Shown: positions 1 through 10,610, counted from the whole stretch's first letter. The stretch is DNA of 63,484 nt, filler included, from Stramenopiles sp. TOSAG23-2 (GCA_900128395.1; 5 parts of 5 records of this genome joined end to end with filler, not necessarily neighbours in it), one strand, 5' to 3'. Notes: generated by a model from the letters alone, not told the origin. Translations and numbers: made by a program.

Positions 1-2
1 AT

Positions 3-185
3 GATGGTGGAATTCAAAGTATTATTGATGTATTAAAAACAAACAATACATTAAATAAATTGTCCCTATCTAATAATCAACTAAGTGATAATATGAAATC
101 ACAATTGAAAGCTATACAACAATATAAAAAAGATGGATCAAACGGGTATCAACAAGTGGAAGGGATGACGATATGGACAAAATAA
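3..185 (+). CDS. 3' end of an RNI-like leucine-rich-repeat protein (5'-truncated)
   Basis: Frame from base 3 reads DGGIQSIIDVLKTNNTLNKLSLSNNQLSD...WTK*, an LxxNxxLxxLxLxxNxL repeat; TAA at 183-185. Confidence 0.65.
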   Translation, partial: DGGIQSIIDVLKTNNTLNKLSLSNNQLSDNMKSQLKAIQQYKKDGSNGYQQVEGMTIWTK

Positions 186-637
186 TTAATATATATATTT
201 ATTTATATACTACCAACTATAATATCCTATGTACGTACTCGAAGGTTTATTTTTTGATATTCTAATTTCCCTCTCAAGTATAAATTATTTCATCCTTTGA
301 CAGGGGGTTACGTACTCGAAGGTTTATTTTTTGATATTCTAATTTCCCTCTCAAGTATAAATTATTTCATCCTTTGACAGGGGGTGCAAATAAGAAAAAA
401 TAGAAGAAAAAAAAAAAATTGAATCCAAAATGGACTAAACAACCCCCGTCGAGACAGAAATTGAAATGGAGAGGAAGAAAACAAGAGAACGAAAACCCAG
501 AACATTCTGGAAGAAATCGTGGAAGAAGATTGGATTGTGCGAACCACCGTTTTTTCTCTCTTGCTTTAATACTTTTTTTTCGGGGTTAGTGGAATCGAAG
601 TCATTTGTTTGTACGTATATAGATATATGTCCAAATC

Positions 638-904
638 ATGGAGATGGTAGTAGAGAATGCAGAAAATAATAGTGAGATAAAAAATAATAATGAAAATCAA
701 GGAGAAGAAGATGATGATGCTGAAATGGAGGATGATAATAATATTACTTCCCAATCTATATCGGATTTATTATTGCGTAATAATGAAATGTATGATGATG
801 ATGATGATGATGATGAAAATGATCAAATATGGGATGTCGATGTTGGATCTTTGCTAGATGGTTTATTAGGACCATCCCCACCTCCTATTTTTAGTGGAGA
901 TAGC

Positions 905-936
<32 letters not shown>

Positions 937-1945
937 AAAATATTTAGAAATTAAAGAAGAGCAATTAGTGGAATTCATCTGTAAAATATTAAAAAACAAT
1001 GGAATTAATGGTCGTTTACGTGGTGCATCGCTTGGGCAATTTTTAGCAAAGAAAAATAAAATATATTACAGAGTCATTAAAAGACGATTTGGCACGCTTG
1101 TAAAGTTGTTACTAAAATACCCGAAGAACTTTAAATTGGAAAATGATGCGCCATATAATCATATTGTATTAATATGTGATGATAATATTGTTTCTTCTTC
1201 GACGATTATTACTACGGAAACAACAACAACAAAATTGGAAACTAACAATTCCACAACAATTGTAAATAATGACAAGAACAACAAAGTAAACGTATCATCT
1301 ACGAATGGCATGGTAACCTCAAAATTATCACAAGGCAAGAAACTTATTGTTGATAACGTTGTAAATATTTTAAATACTGCAAAAAATAAAAAAATGAAAG
1401 CTGTTAGTCTAGCTAATAAATTAATAAAAATTGTTGGTAAAAAAAAATTAAAATTTGTAAAGAAAAAACATGGTGGTTTATTGAAATTATTAGAAGAGAT
1501 GGAAGATATGTTTAAAATTATACGCTTTCCAAAAGATGATTATGTTGAATTGATAATCGGCGGTAATAATTACAATAATAACAATAAGGATGATAGTATC
1601 GTAAATAATCTTGTAAATAATACGGATGGATATCATAAACAACCATCGACGGAACTACCAACCAAAATATTGCATATACCAAACATAGCAGCCTCCATTG
1701 GAAAAGCAGAATTGTTGAATATTTTTGAAGTCTTTGGTAAAGTAGAATATGTCCGAATTGTCATTAAACATAACAACAACAGCAACAGTAATAATAAAAA
1801 TAGTAAAAGACGTTTAGGTTTTGTTGGATTTTATTCATTAGAAGATGCAATTACATGTAGAAAAGAATTGGTAAAGCAACGTAAAATATTTCATAATAAT
1901 TTACGATATGGCAAACAAGAAGTAAAAGGAAAGAAACCACAATGA
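638..1945 (+). CDS. Putative RNA-binding protein: acidic N-terminus, two LOTUS/OST-HTH-like domains, C-terminal RRM
   Basis: 435 aa. Two similar helical units (ASLGQFL...IKRRFGTLVKLLLKYPKNFKL; AVSLANKL...VKKKHGGLLKLLEEMEDMFKI). RRM: KILHIPNI...ELLNIFEVFGKVEYVRIV...LGFVGFYSLEDAITC. Confidence 0.65.
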
Positions 1946-2336
1946 CAACATTATCATATTTTTTGCATGATGATTTTGGAGTTATCAAATAGCTGGATAG
2001 GATAGCACGAAAATTCAAGGTAATAATTTATACATATTTTTATCAAATATTTTATAATAAAAAATATATTTAAATATATATTGTGTTGGTTTCCAAAACA
2101 TTATCATATTTTTTGCATGATGATTTTGGAGTTATCAAATAGCTGGATAGGATAGCACGAAAATTCAAGGTAATAATTTATACATATTTTTATCAAATAT
2201 TTTATAATAAAAAATATATTTAAATATATATTGTGTTGGTTTCCAAAACGATGCGACAAACTTTTTTTAAATAAGGTCCATTTTTAAATTAAAAAAAAAT
2301 ACGAGTCGTAATAAATAATAATATTCGAACATGTTG

Positions 2337-2506
2337 GAAGGATAGAAACCTACTTGTGCTTGTAGAGTATTAGTTTGCAGAGGTGCATTAGAGCTTTACT
2401 ATAGTAGGATAACATATTATTCTTGCGATTGAGTATTGAGCATATTACTTAACACGAGAAGTGTAAAATTATTATAACTTACGAAGTTCGTAGATTTTAA
2501 CCATCA
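2337..2506 (+). repeat. Dispersed repeat family, copy A (most complete)
   Basis: gaaggatagaaacctac...gtagagtattagtttgcagaggtgcattagagcttt...gattgagtattgagcatattactt...gagaagtgtaaaatt...gattttaaccatca; closely matches the reverse complement of 20569-20699. Confidence 0.85.
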
Positions 2507-2694
2507 TTTATATATATATTTAATAATAATTATTAAATAAAATAATTTAGAATAAACTGTGTGTTTACAAATTTATGCTTATCACTTACAATCAATTTTA
2601 CACACATAAAATAATTTAAAATATATATATATATCAATTTTAACATATAACAATGTAACTTTGACGGAAAAGAAAAAAGGACTACTTTCACATT

Positions 2695-3112
2695 TTATAC
2701 TTGAACGCCAAAGTAATCAGATGCAGTACAATCAATAGTCACTGAAGCATCAGTAGATCGTTCACATGCAATATAATCGTTGGTACCATCTACCTGATAA
2801 ATTCGCTTATCTTCATTTCTACAAATCAAATCATTATTTATGTCAGCTTTTGTTATATTTGCATTTAGCTCATCTGCGGAATATGCTTTGGCAGGAAGCA
2901 TTAAACTATCTAATTGAAAATATTGCGATGGTATCTCACCGGAAATGCTTGTCAATCTCAAATCTGGTAAGCTTCGTATCGCCACGAGTTTGCCGTACAT
3001 GTGTAATCACACAAACTATGCCTATAACGACAACAACTCCACAAACGGCCAGTTGTGCCGGGTCCCAGATGCGATCACGAGAGAATGACCTAGAGGTATC
3101 TGCCCAATCCAT
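2695..3112 (-). pseudogene. Small frameshifted or degenerate ORF with weak LRR N-cap/LRR resemblance
   Basis: ATG at 3112 reads MDWADTSRSFSRDRIWDPAQLAVC...IGIVCVITHV. A different frame continues LPDLRLTSISGEIPSQYFQLDSL to TAA at 2695. Confidence 0.25.
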
Positions 3113-3930
3113 CGATGAGAAATTTGTATTGTGTATATATGTTGTATATATTATAAAATATAATAATATATATATATATTTATTAAAATTAAAATGCTAA
3201 AAATAATACCCATATAAATGAAATGTTACATCTATTTTTCGATGTCTTTTTTATAATATATTTTTCGATGTCTTTTTTATAATATATAATATATATGTAT
3301 AGATTGTCAGAAAACAAAAACAATAATGAAACCAACATTATATATTTGCCTCTATCCAACACGTACAACAGCAACAATACATATATCCATATTTATTTTG
3401 TGTGGGCACATGTGTGTTTTTTCATGTTGTTGTTTTTTATGGTGAACTGTGATGGGAAATGGGAAAAGAGACTTTGGGTGGGTGTGTTACCAGGCCTGTG
3501 TCACTGCTAGAGATGTGCCTGTGACATTGTTGCTATTTACAATTCCTTAATTGATCAATGATCTTCTAGCTTATGACTCTATACTTCTGGTAATCTAATA
3601 TATATATATGTCCTATTCACCAACAACAACACAACAACACTACAAAAAGAGCCGCATCAAGAGTTAAAGTATAAGTATGAAGTATAGTTCTAAAAGATAC
3701 CATATATATAGATCTAATATTTAATATTGCCTGGATTGCTTTTTGTTTATCTTTTTGTTTATCTTTTTGTTTTATTATGTAAATTATTACAATTTTTTAT
3801 TGGGTATATAACTAGTACTACAAAATACTACTAATTATTATTTTCACACAAGCCTGCGCACACACACTCTACCATATACTAAACTTCATCAGTGCATTAA
3901 AAACTTTCAATAAAAAACAAAAATATCAAA

Positions 3931-5157
3931 ATGAATATCATAAAATGGACACCGTTGGACTCACAAATTCAACAAAAAATGGCAAAGAATATCAATCAAA
4001 GTAATATACATTATTTAGAATGCGGGGAAGAACATGATAAATTAATAATATTGTTACATGGTTTTCCTGAAATATCATTTTCATGGAGAAAAATTATGGT
4101 ACCATTAGCAAATGCGGGATATCATGTTGTTGCACCAGATAGACGTGGACATGGACAAACAACTAATGTAAATAATACCAATTGGCATGAATATAATTCA
4201 GATATTCAAGGTTTAAGTCAGTTTAATGAAATACGCGATGTAATAGGATTGACAAATTATTTAGGTTACACCTCAGTTCATAGTATTATTGGACATGATG
4301 CTGGTTCACCAATTGCTGGCTGGTGTGCGATGGTACGACCAGATATCTTTAAATCTGTTGTTTTAATGTCTGCTTGTTTTACTACACCCTTGAAAATTGC
4401 ATCGGAAAGAAATGCAAATGCAAAAAATATGTTTCAACAATTATTTATAGGTTTGAGAGACAATTTACCAAATCGTCCTAGGCGACATTATTTCGATTAT
4501 CATGCTTCGCCAGAAGCAAATGAAGACATTATGAATTGTCCAGGTGGATTAGAAGCATATTTTCGTGCCTATTATCATCAAAAAAGTGCTGATTGGGAAG
4601 GTAATGATAATGTACGTAAATTATTAAAATGGGATGTCAATGAATTTGCTAAATTACCTACATATTATGTCATGGATGATAAGACTACAATGCCTGAAAC
4701 AGTATTGAAACATATGCCATCAAAAGAATTTATATCAACAATATCATCAAGATGGTTTCCTGATAGCGATGTAAAAATTTATGCAGATGAATATCGCCGG
4801 ACAACATTTCAAGGTGGATTAAATGGATATCGTTATATAATAGGACCATCTCGTGGTGCACCATTGACACCAGAAAAAGAAATATATGCTGGAAAATCAA
4901 TGGAAGTTCCATCTGCATTTATTTCAGGAAGTAGTGATTGGGGTCCAAGACAAATGCCTGGTTCTTTTGAAGCAATGACGACACGTACGTGTAAAGGTAT
5001 GATGGTAAAATTTGTTGAAGGTGCTGGACATTGGGTACAACAAGAACAACCTGAAAAAGTAGTCGAATATATTTTAACATTTTTTGATATGAATAATAGT
5101 AGTATGCATAGTAGTGGTGGTGGTGGTGGTAACAATAATACTAATTCAAGATTGTGA
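3931..5157 (+). CDS. Epoxide hydrolase-like alpha/beta hydrolase with C-terminal PTS1 (SRL)
   Basis: LLHGFPEISFSWRK, VAPDRRGHG, nucleophile motif GHDAG, catalytic GAGHWVQQEQPE; ends ...NNNTNSRL*. Confidence 0.9.
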   Translation: MNIIKWTPLDSQIQQKMAKNINQSNIHYLECGEEHDKLIILLHGFPEISFSWRKIMVPLANAGYHVVAPDRRGHGQTTNVNNTNWHEYNSDIQGLSQFNEIRDVIGLTNYLGYTSVHSIIGHDAGSPIAGWCAMVRPDIFKSVVLMSACFTTPLKIASERNANAKNMFQQLFIGLRDNLPNRPRRHYFDYHASPEANEDIMNCPGGLEAYFRAYYHQKSADWEGNDNVRKLLKWDVNEFAKLPTYYVMDDKTTMPETVLKHMPSKEFISTISSRWFPDSDVKIYADEYRRTTFQGGLNGYRYIIGPSRGAPLTPEKEIYAGKSMEVPSAFISGSSDWGPRQMPGSFEAMTTRTCKGMMVKFVEGAGHWVQQEQPEKVVEYILTFFDMNNSSMHSSGGGGGNNNTNSRL

Positions 5158-5464
5158 ATTATTAACGAAGAAGACGAAAAGAAAAAGGGATAAAAATAAA
5201 AATTTTAAATGGAGCGTGGTGCATGTGTGTAGTGTGTGTTGTTTTATTTTACAAAGGCCGTAAATATATTTAATTTTTTTTGAAAAAATGATGCGAACAC
5301 TTCGTATATATATATATATATTTTTAAAATAATATTCGTACATATTCATGGTAGAGATATTTAACATTATACGTATAATCATATATAAAAAATTCTCTTA
5401 CTTAAAATTTAAAAAGCTTTTATTTACTCATAAATATATGATATATATATTTTATATAAAATAT

Positions 5465-6133
5465 TTACATCCCATAAAACCGTCTCATCCAATATACCAA
5501 CAACCATGGACCTGGTACATTTTCCCCATGTCCAGCACCACCATCAACACTATTTGAAGCAGCTTCTGTTACGAAATCTGAACTTGCATCACTAAATGCT
5601 TCATCTGCTGGCAATACTTGTTCCACTACTTTGTTGGATCCGCCACAATCTGCAATAGAACATCTATTCCAATCTGGGTCCAATATAATATCTAGTCTTT
5701 GACTATTTTTTACTGGCCAACCAATTAAATCGGATGGATATCGTCGTAATTGCCATTCTGGATCTTGTAATCCACCATCCACTTTACCATTTTTATCTGC
5801 TAAAATTAAACGATAAACTGTATCCGCTAATGGTATTTTATTGTTTTTACCATCAACAGTTGCACCATATTCATTAAAATATCGTTGAACACTTTGTTGC
5901 ACACGTGATTTAAATAACATTGCATCTTCTTTTTTTAACAATGGTATAATTTTATTTTCACTGATATTCACAGATTTTTTTACAAGGCTTGGTATAGCTT
6001 CTGCTAATGTATGGTATGACATCAATGCTAATCGAAAATCAAAAAATGCTAAGGAAAGTGGTGATGTAGCCAATGCATTGATAATATTAATATCGTAATG
6101 ATGATTTACAATTAAATCATGAAATATGACGAG
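5465..6133 (-). CDS. C-terminal part of an uncharacterised protein (5'-truncated, no upstream ATG)
   Basis: Frame is open from 6133 (TGA at 6134-6136) to 5465; ends DGGAGHGENVPGPWLLVYWMRRFYGM; abuts an ankyrin fragment on the other strand. Confidence 0.6.
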   Translation of the reverse strand, partial: LVIFHDLIVNHHYDINIINALATSPLSLAFFDFRLALMSYHTLAEAIPSLVKKSVNISENKIIPLLKKEDAMLFKSRVQQSVQRYFNEYGATVDGKNNKIPLADTVYRLILADKNGKVDGGLQDPEWQLRRYPSDLIGWPVKNSQRLDIILDPDWNRCSIADCGGSNKVVEQVLPADEAFSDASSDFVTEAASNSVDGGAGHGENVPGPWLLVYWMRRFYGM

Positions 6134-6250
6134 TCAAGTCGGTAAAGCTATTTATGGTGATGAATATACACCTTTAATGTTAGCTGCAGAGAACGATCAT
6201 TTCCAAATAGTTAAATATTTGATTGAACAAGGTGAAGCTGATCCTATGGT
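6134..6250 (+). pseudogene. Orphan ankyrin-repeat fragment, paralog of the adjacent gene
   Basis: QVGKAIYGDEYTPLMLAAENDHFQIVKYLIEQGEADP, a diverged copy of the first repeat of 6266-6673. Confidence 0.6.
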
Positions 6251-6265
6251 AATAATAATAATAAT

Positions 6266-6673
6266 ATGACATTGAAAGAATACGTGAATCAAGTCGGTAA
6301 AGATAGGTGGGGTAATGGATGGACACCTTTAACGATAGCTGCATGGAACGATCATTTCCAAATAGTTAAATATTTGATTGAACAAGGTGAAGCTGATCCT
6401 AATATTGCACGTAGTAATGGAGAGAATGCATTACATTATGCAGCATGTTGCAACGGAACAAATACTGCTTTGATTCAGTTCTTATTAAATCATTTGACAA
6501 TTGATAGCATTAATAAAGAAGACAACAATGGAAAAACTCCATTAGATTGTTGTTATGCATATAATGAAAGTCCAATTAAACAAGAATTTATTGCACTTTT
6601 ACGTACAAAAGGTGGAATTGCAAATAAATATGATGAAAATGGTGATCGTATAGATGATGAAGATGATTATTAA
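6266..6673 (+). CDS. Ankyrin-repeat protein (possibly 5'-incomplete)
   Basis: GWTPLTIAAWNDHFQIVKYLIEQGEADPN, GENALHYAA, GKTPLD motifs. Confidence 0.8.
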   Translation: MTLKEYVNQVGKDRWGNGWTPLTIAAWNDHFQIVKYLIEQGEADPNIARSNGENALHYAACCNGTNTALIQFLLNHLTIDSINKEDNNGKTPLDCCYAYNESPIKQEFIALLRTKGGIANKYDENGDRIDDEDDY

Positions 6674-6818
6674 AAAAACATCTCTTTTGACACCAAGGAG
6701 ATATAAATGGGAGAAATAATCTATATATATATACACATACACTATATATTAAGTTGTATTTTAATAAAATTTTATTTGTGTGTACACACTCTTCTTGATA
6801 CACCTCTCATTTGTTTGT

Positions 6819-6990
6819 TTGAAAAATGAACCATTTTATTGGAAATCTGCGCCGAACAACTCCATTGCACAATACCACTTGGAAGTCCTCTAGCCGCCTC
6901 TACTGTTACTGTATGGAGGATATCTATACTTCCTATATCTACTTACGGAGTTGTTCGGCGCAGATTTCCAATAAATGGTTCATTTTTCAA
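6819..6990. mobile_element. Short inverted-repeat element (44/45-bp arms, 83-bp spacer); MITE-like or hairpin
   Basis: ttgaaaaatgaaccattttattggaaatctgcgccgaacaactcc (6819-6863) is the reverse complement of 6947-6990 with one indel. Confidence 0.6.
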
Positions 6991-7272
6991 TACTGTGTAG
7001 TTTTATTCGATTTTGGGATTTTGGGTAGCAGGCACGTAGGCACGTGCAAAGGAAGAAAGTTTTGATGTGCAACATGTCTCCGTCTTACTCTGGACACCAG
7101 AGACGACACCAGATATATGCATGCCCATTTAAAAAATGAAACTAAATATATATCACACAGTTATATAGATAGACGGGATACGTAAATAGCTGAAGTTAGA
7201 ACAAAACTAAACAATAATCACCATATACAGATATTTACATTCGAATATCGAATACTATATAACAATATATAT

Positions 7273-9228
7273 ATGATGGCTGATTTTATATTTAGAAACG
7301 GGTACATTGTCGATGGGACAGGCAAAAAAGGTTTTATAGGAGATGTTGCTGTTAAAGATGGTAAAATTTATGCAGTTGGGAAAGATCTATCTATAATTGG
7401 GAACCGGGAGCATCAATGTCATGGTAAATTAATTACACCTGGTTGGGTTGATTGCCATACACATTTCGATGGGCAGATTACATGGGATCCATATTGCAGT
7501 CCAATTTCAAGTAATGGCGTGACAACTATTGTCTTTGGTAATTGCGGTATAGGCTTTGCTCCATGTCCAGTAGAACAACGGGACTTCCTCATAAATTTAA
7601 TGGAAGGAGTTGAAGATATTCCAGGTGCAGCATTGAGTGTCGGTGTAGATTGGAATTGGGAAACTTTTCCTGAATTCTTGAATTACCTTGATACAAAGGA
7701 GACTGCGATTGATTTTGGTGCTATGGTTGGTCATGCACCTGTACGAACGTATGTCATGGGTTTGCGTGGTGCTCAGCATGCAACTGAAAGTGATCCTTCA
7801 GTATCTGATCCAGTGACACCTGAGGATATTAAAATAATGGCCGCCATCGTTGAAGAAGCTGTTCGGGAGGGTGCTATGGGATTTAGTTGCTCCAGAAGCA
7901 TCATTCATCGTGATATCAACGGAAATGTAGTTCCTGGTTCATTTGCATGTGAAGAGGAAATATTAGCACTGGGTGATGCAGTGGAAAGAGGTGGTGGAGG
8001 CGTCTTTGAGACAACCAGTGATTTCTGCGAACATTTAGACAATGATGGTGATGGAAACAAAGAAATGAGAATGCTCCGAGAGATAGCACTGCGCAATCCG
8101 AATGTACCTGTTTCTTTTAGTTTAGCTGAAAATATTCAAGGCAGGCATGATGAAAACAAATACAAAGAAATGCTGGGATGGTTGGAAGATGCAACGAATC
8201 AAGGTGCAAAGGTGCATGGACAAATAAGTGCTAAAGCGGTTAGTTTTTTGATGAGTCTACGAACAAAAATTAATCCGTTGATTTGGCACCCAACATTTAA
8301 AAAGATTCGAGGAAATTTAAGAGACCCAAATGCCAAAATTGCCACTCATGAAGAGATTGTTCAACAATTAAGTGATCCAAAGGTTCGAGCACAATTGCTT
8401 GCTGAACATGATGCAGTTATACGTCAAAACTCGCATAAACCTGTTGGTAGTACAAGTTTAATCATTGGGTATGACAATTTATTCCCATGGCAAGAAGACT
8501 ATGAGCCAGATCCAGCAGTGGACAGTATCGGTGCAATAGCAAGAGCCCAAAATAAACACCCGCTTGATGTGTTGATTGATCATTTATTGTCTCAAAATGG
8601 TGAAGGTGTGATTTTAAATTTTGCCACAAACTATAATTTCGGCAATTTAGAAACAACAAAGTCTATGATGTCTCATCCAAATGTTATATTAGGACTTGGA
8701 GATGGCGGGGCACATGTCGGATTCCTAACTGATGCTGCAAATTGTACTTATCTACTTACCCATTGGGTACGAGATCGTAAACGAGGTAGTGGAACATTGC
8801 CATTGGAATTTGTTGTTAAAAAGCAAACGATGGAGACAGCTCGTTTGTTTGGTATGGAAGATCGAGGGACTTTGGAAGTTGGCATGAAAGCTGATGTTAA
8901 TGTTATCAACATGGAGACATTGAAAATACATCAACCACACATACGATATGATTTGCCATTGGATGCTTTAAGATGGTTCCAGACCGTAGAAGGATATGAG
9001 CTCACTATGCTTAGTGGGGTCGTTACTTTTAGAAATGGAAAACCAACTGGTGAGTTGCCTGGGCGTTTGATTCGCTCACCACGTAGTAGTAGCTATCGTG
9101 GTGTGAAAGTTGATGGTGCTGATGCTGAAACAGTACAAAAAATAAGAAGTAAATCTACTATTACAAATTTACAAGGTGGAGAAATTATGAACACATTTCA
9201 AAAATTAGGTAATGAATCTAAGCTCTAA
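7273..9228 (+). CDS. N-acyl-D-amino-acid deacylase (D-aminoacylase)-like amidohydrolase with PTS1 (SKL)
   Basis: NGYIVDGTG...GDVAVKDGKI, TPGWVDCHTHFDGQITWDP, GVTTIVFGNCGIGFAP, GLGDGGAHV, DRGTLEVGMKADVNVI; ends NESKL*. Confidence 0.9.
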   Translation: MMADFIFRNGYIVDGTGKKGFIGDVAVKDGKIYAVGKDLSIIGNREHQCHGKLITPGWVDCHTHFDGQITWDPYCSPISSNGVTTIVFGNCGIGFAPCPVEQRDFLINLMEGVEDIPGAALSVGVDWNWETFPEFLNYLDTKETAIDFGAMVGHAPVRTYVMGLRGAQHATESDPSVSDPVTPEDIKIMAAIVEEAVREGAMGFSCSRSIIHRDINGNVVPGSFACEEEILALGDAVERGGGGVFETTSDFCEHLDNDGDGNKEMRMLREIALRNPNVPVSFSLAENIQGRHDENKYKEMLGWLEDATNQGAKVHGQISAKAVSFLMSLRTKINPLIWHPTFKKIRGNLRDPNAKIATHEEIVQQLSDPKVRAQLLAEHDAVIRQNSHKPVGSTSLIIGYDNLFPWQEDYEPDPAVDSIGAIARAQNKHPLDVLIDHLLSQNGEGVILNFATNYNFGNLETTKSMMSHPNVILGLGDGGAHVGFLTDAANCTYLLTHWVRDRKRGSGTLPLEFVVKKQTMETARLFGMEDRGTLEVGMKADVNVINMETLKIHQPHIRYDLPLDALRWFQTVEGYELTMLSGVVTFRNGKPTGELPGRLIRSPRSSSYRGVKVDGADAETVQKIRSKSTITNLQGGEIMNTFQKLGNESKL

Positions 9229-9375
9229 ATATATTATATTATTATAAAAGTGAAGTTGAACAACATTTGCATGATATATATTTAGTGCACAACATGTATG
9301 GTATTTTTTTTAAATCAGAATTTTTACGGTGAAGCGAGCCATAATATCTTTTTAAATAATATATCATATACTTGG

Positions 9376-9943
9376 TATCCTTTAACGGGATAATCTGAAT
9401 GGCATAGATCTATGCCATTCCCGAATTTTAGTAATCTTGTGTGATCTAACAAATTTTTTATATTCATCTACAAAATGGAATTATTTATACAATTTTATAA
9501 TATTATGTTTCCTATTATTTTGTACTTTTAGAATACTAGTAATATAATAATTTTAAATCGGAAATTTATTTTAATAATAATCGATATGGATAAATGTATT
9601 ACCACTGTATAAGCGACCTTAAGATCCCCATATTTCAACAAAAATATATCATTATACACATGAATAAATTAGTTTTGTAAACACATGATATATATATGTT
9701 ATATGTTATATGAACGTTAAAAGTGACAAATTTTATGTAAATGGACAAACATCAAGCAACTCTAATTTGAATTCTAGATGGAATTTTGTTATAAAAGTTG
9801 GATGTTTTGAAATCAGTTTTATGTGTAGAACACATTCGTGGTATTCTCATTACTTCATTTTTGGAATTTCGGTGAAATTCGACTTTTTTTTCGAAAAAGG
9901 TCCTGAATGGCATCGATCGATGCCATTCCCCCGTTAAAGGATA
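9376..9943. mobile_element. MITE-like element with 14-bp TIRs and subterminal 24-bp perfect palindromes
   Basis: tatcctttaacggg (9376-9389) / cccgttaaaggata (9930-9943). Palindromes gaatggcatagatctatgccattc (9397-9420) and gaatggcatcgatcgatgccattc (9905-9928). Noncoding AT-rich interior. Confidence 0.7.
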
Positions 9944-10053
9944 GTATATGATAATGAAAATCGTTTAACGCTACAGACTATCATAACATTCCCCTTAAAA
10001 GAGAAAAATTGACCATGGAAATAGCATTACAAAATGCAAAAAATTAAGGATTT

Positions 10054-10126
10054 TGCCGCAAACGTGGATCGATCACGTGACCTTAGCATCTTCAGTGCTA
10101 CGCTCTCCCAACTGAGCTATTGCGGC
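10054..10126 (-). tRNA. tRNA-Phe(GAA)
   Basis: GCCGCAATAGCTCAGTTGGGAGAGCGTAGCACTGAAGATGCTAAGGTCACGTGATCGATCCACGTTTGCGGCA. All four stems pair, anticodon loop is CTGAAGA, and a T-run follows downstream. Confidence 0.9.
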
Positions 10127-10210
10127 TGCAATGTCACTTTTACAATATAAGAATTGTAATCACGTTTTGTTTCTATCTAAAAATGCAATTTTTTACTATA
10201 TATATTGTAT

Positions 10211-10610
10211 CATTTTTTGCATTTAGATTGCAATGCTATGCCAATGCTACGGGCAATATTTATCCACCTGCTATGTCCATGTATTACTTTCATTTTTTTT
10301 GCATTTAGATTGCAATGCTATGCCGATGCTATGCCCATGTATCCATCCACCTGCTATGTCCATGTATTATTTCCATGTATTACTTTCATTTCGTTTGCAA
10401 TGCTATGTCTATGCTATGTCCATCCACCTGCTATGTCAATGTATTACTTTTATTTTTTTTTGCAATCTAAATGCAATGCTATGCCGATGCTACGAGAAAT
10501 ATTTATCCACCTGCTATGTCCATGTATTATTTCATTTGTTTTTGCAATCTAAATGCAATGCTATGCCAATGCTACGAGAAATATCCATCCACCTGCTATG
10601 TCCATGTATT
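10211..10610. repeat. Degenerate minisatellite, about 5 copies of a ~82-bp unit
   Basis: tgcaatgctatgccRatgctac...atccacctgctatgtccatgtatta recurs at 76-85 bp spacing. Confidence 0.85.

Noticed and set aside
3931-9228. Bacterial contaminant contig or operon
   Set aside because: The same contig carries eukaryotic RPL10A, a eukaryote-type tRNA and poly-Asn genes; the enzymes have PTS1 tails and long AT-rich spacers.
10211-10610. Possible CRISPR array or repeat-protein ORFs
   Set aside because: Contiguous degenerate units without unique spacers, no cas genes, eukaryotic context; overlapping ORFs in all three frames are by-products of the repeat.
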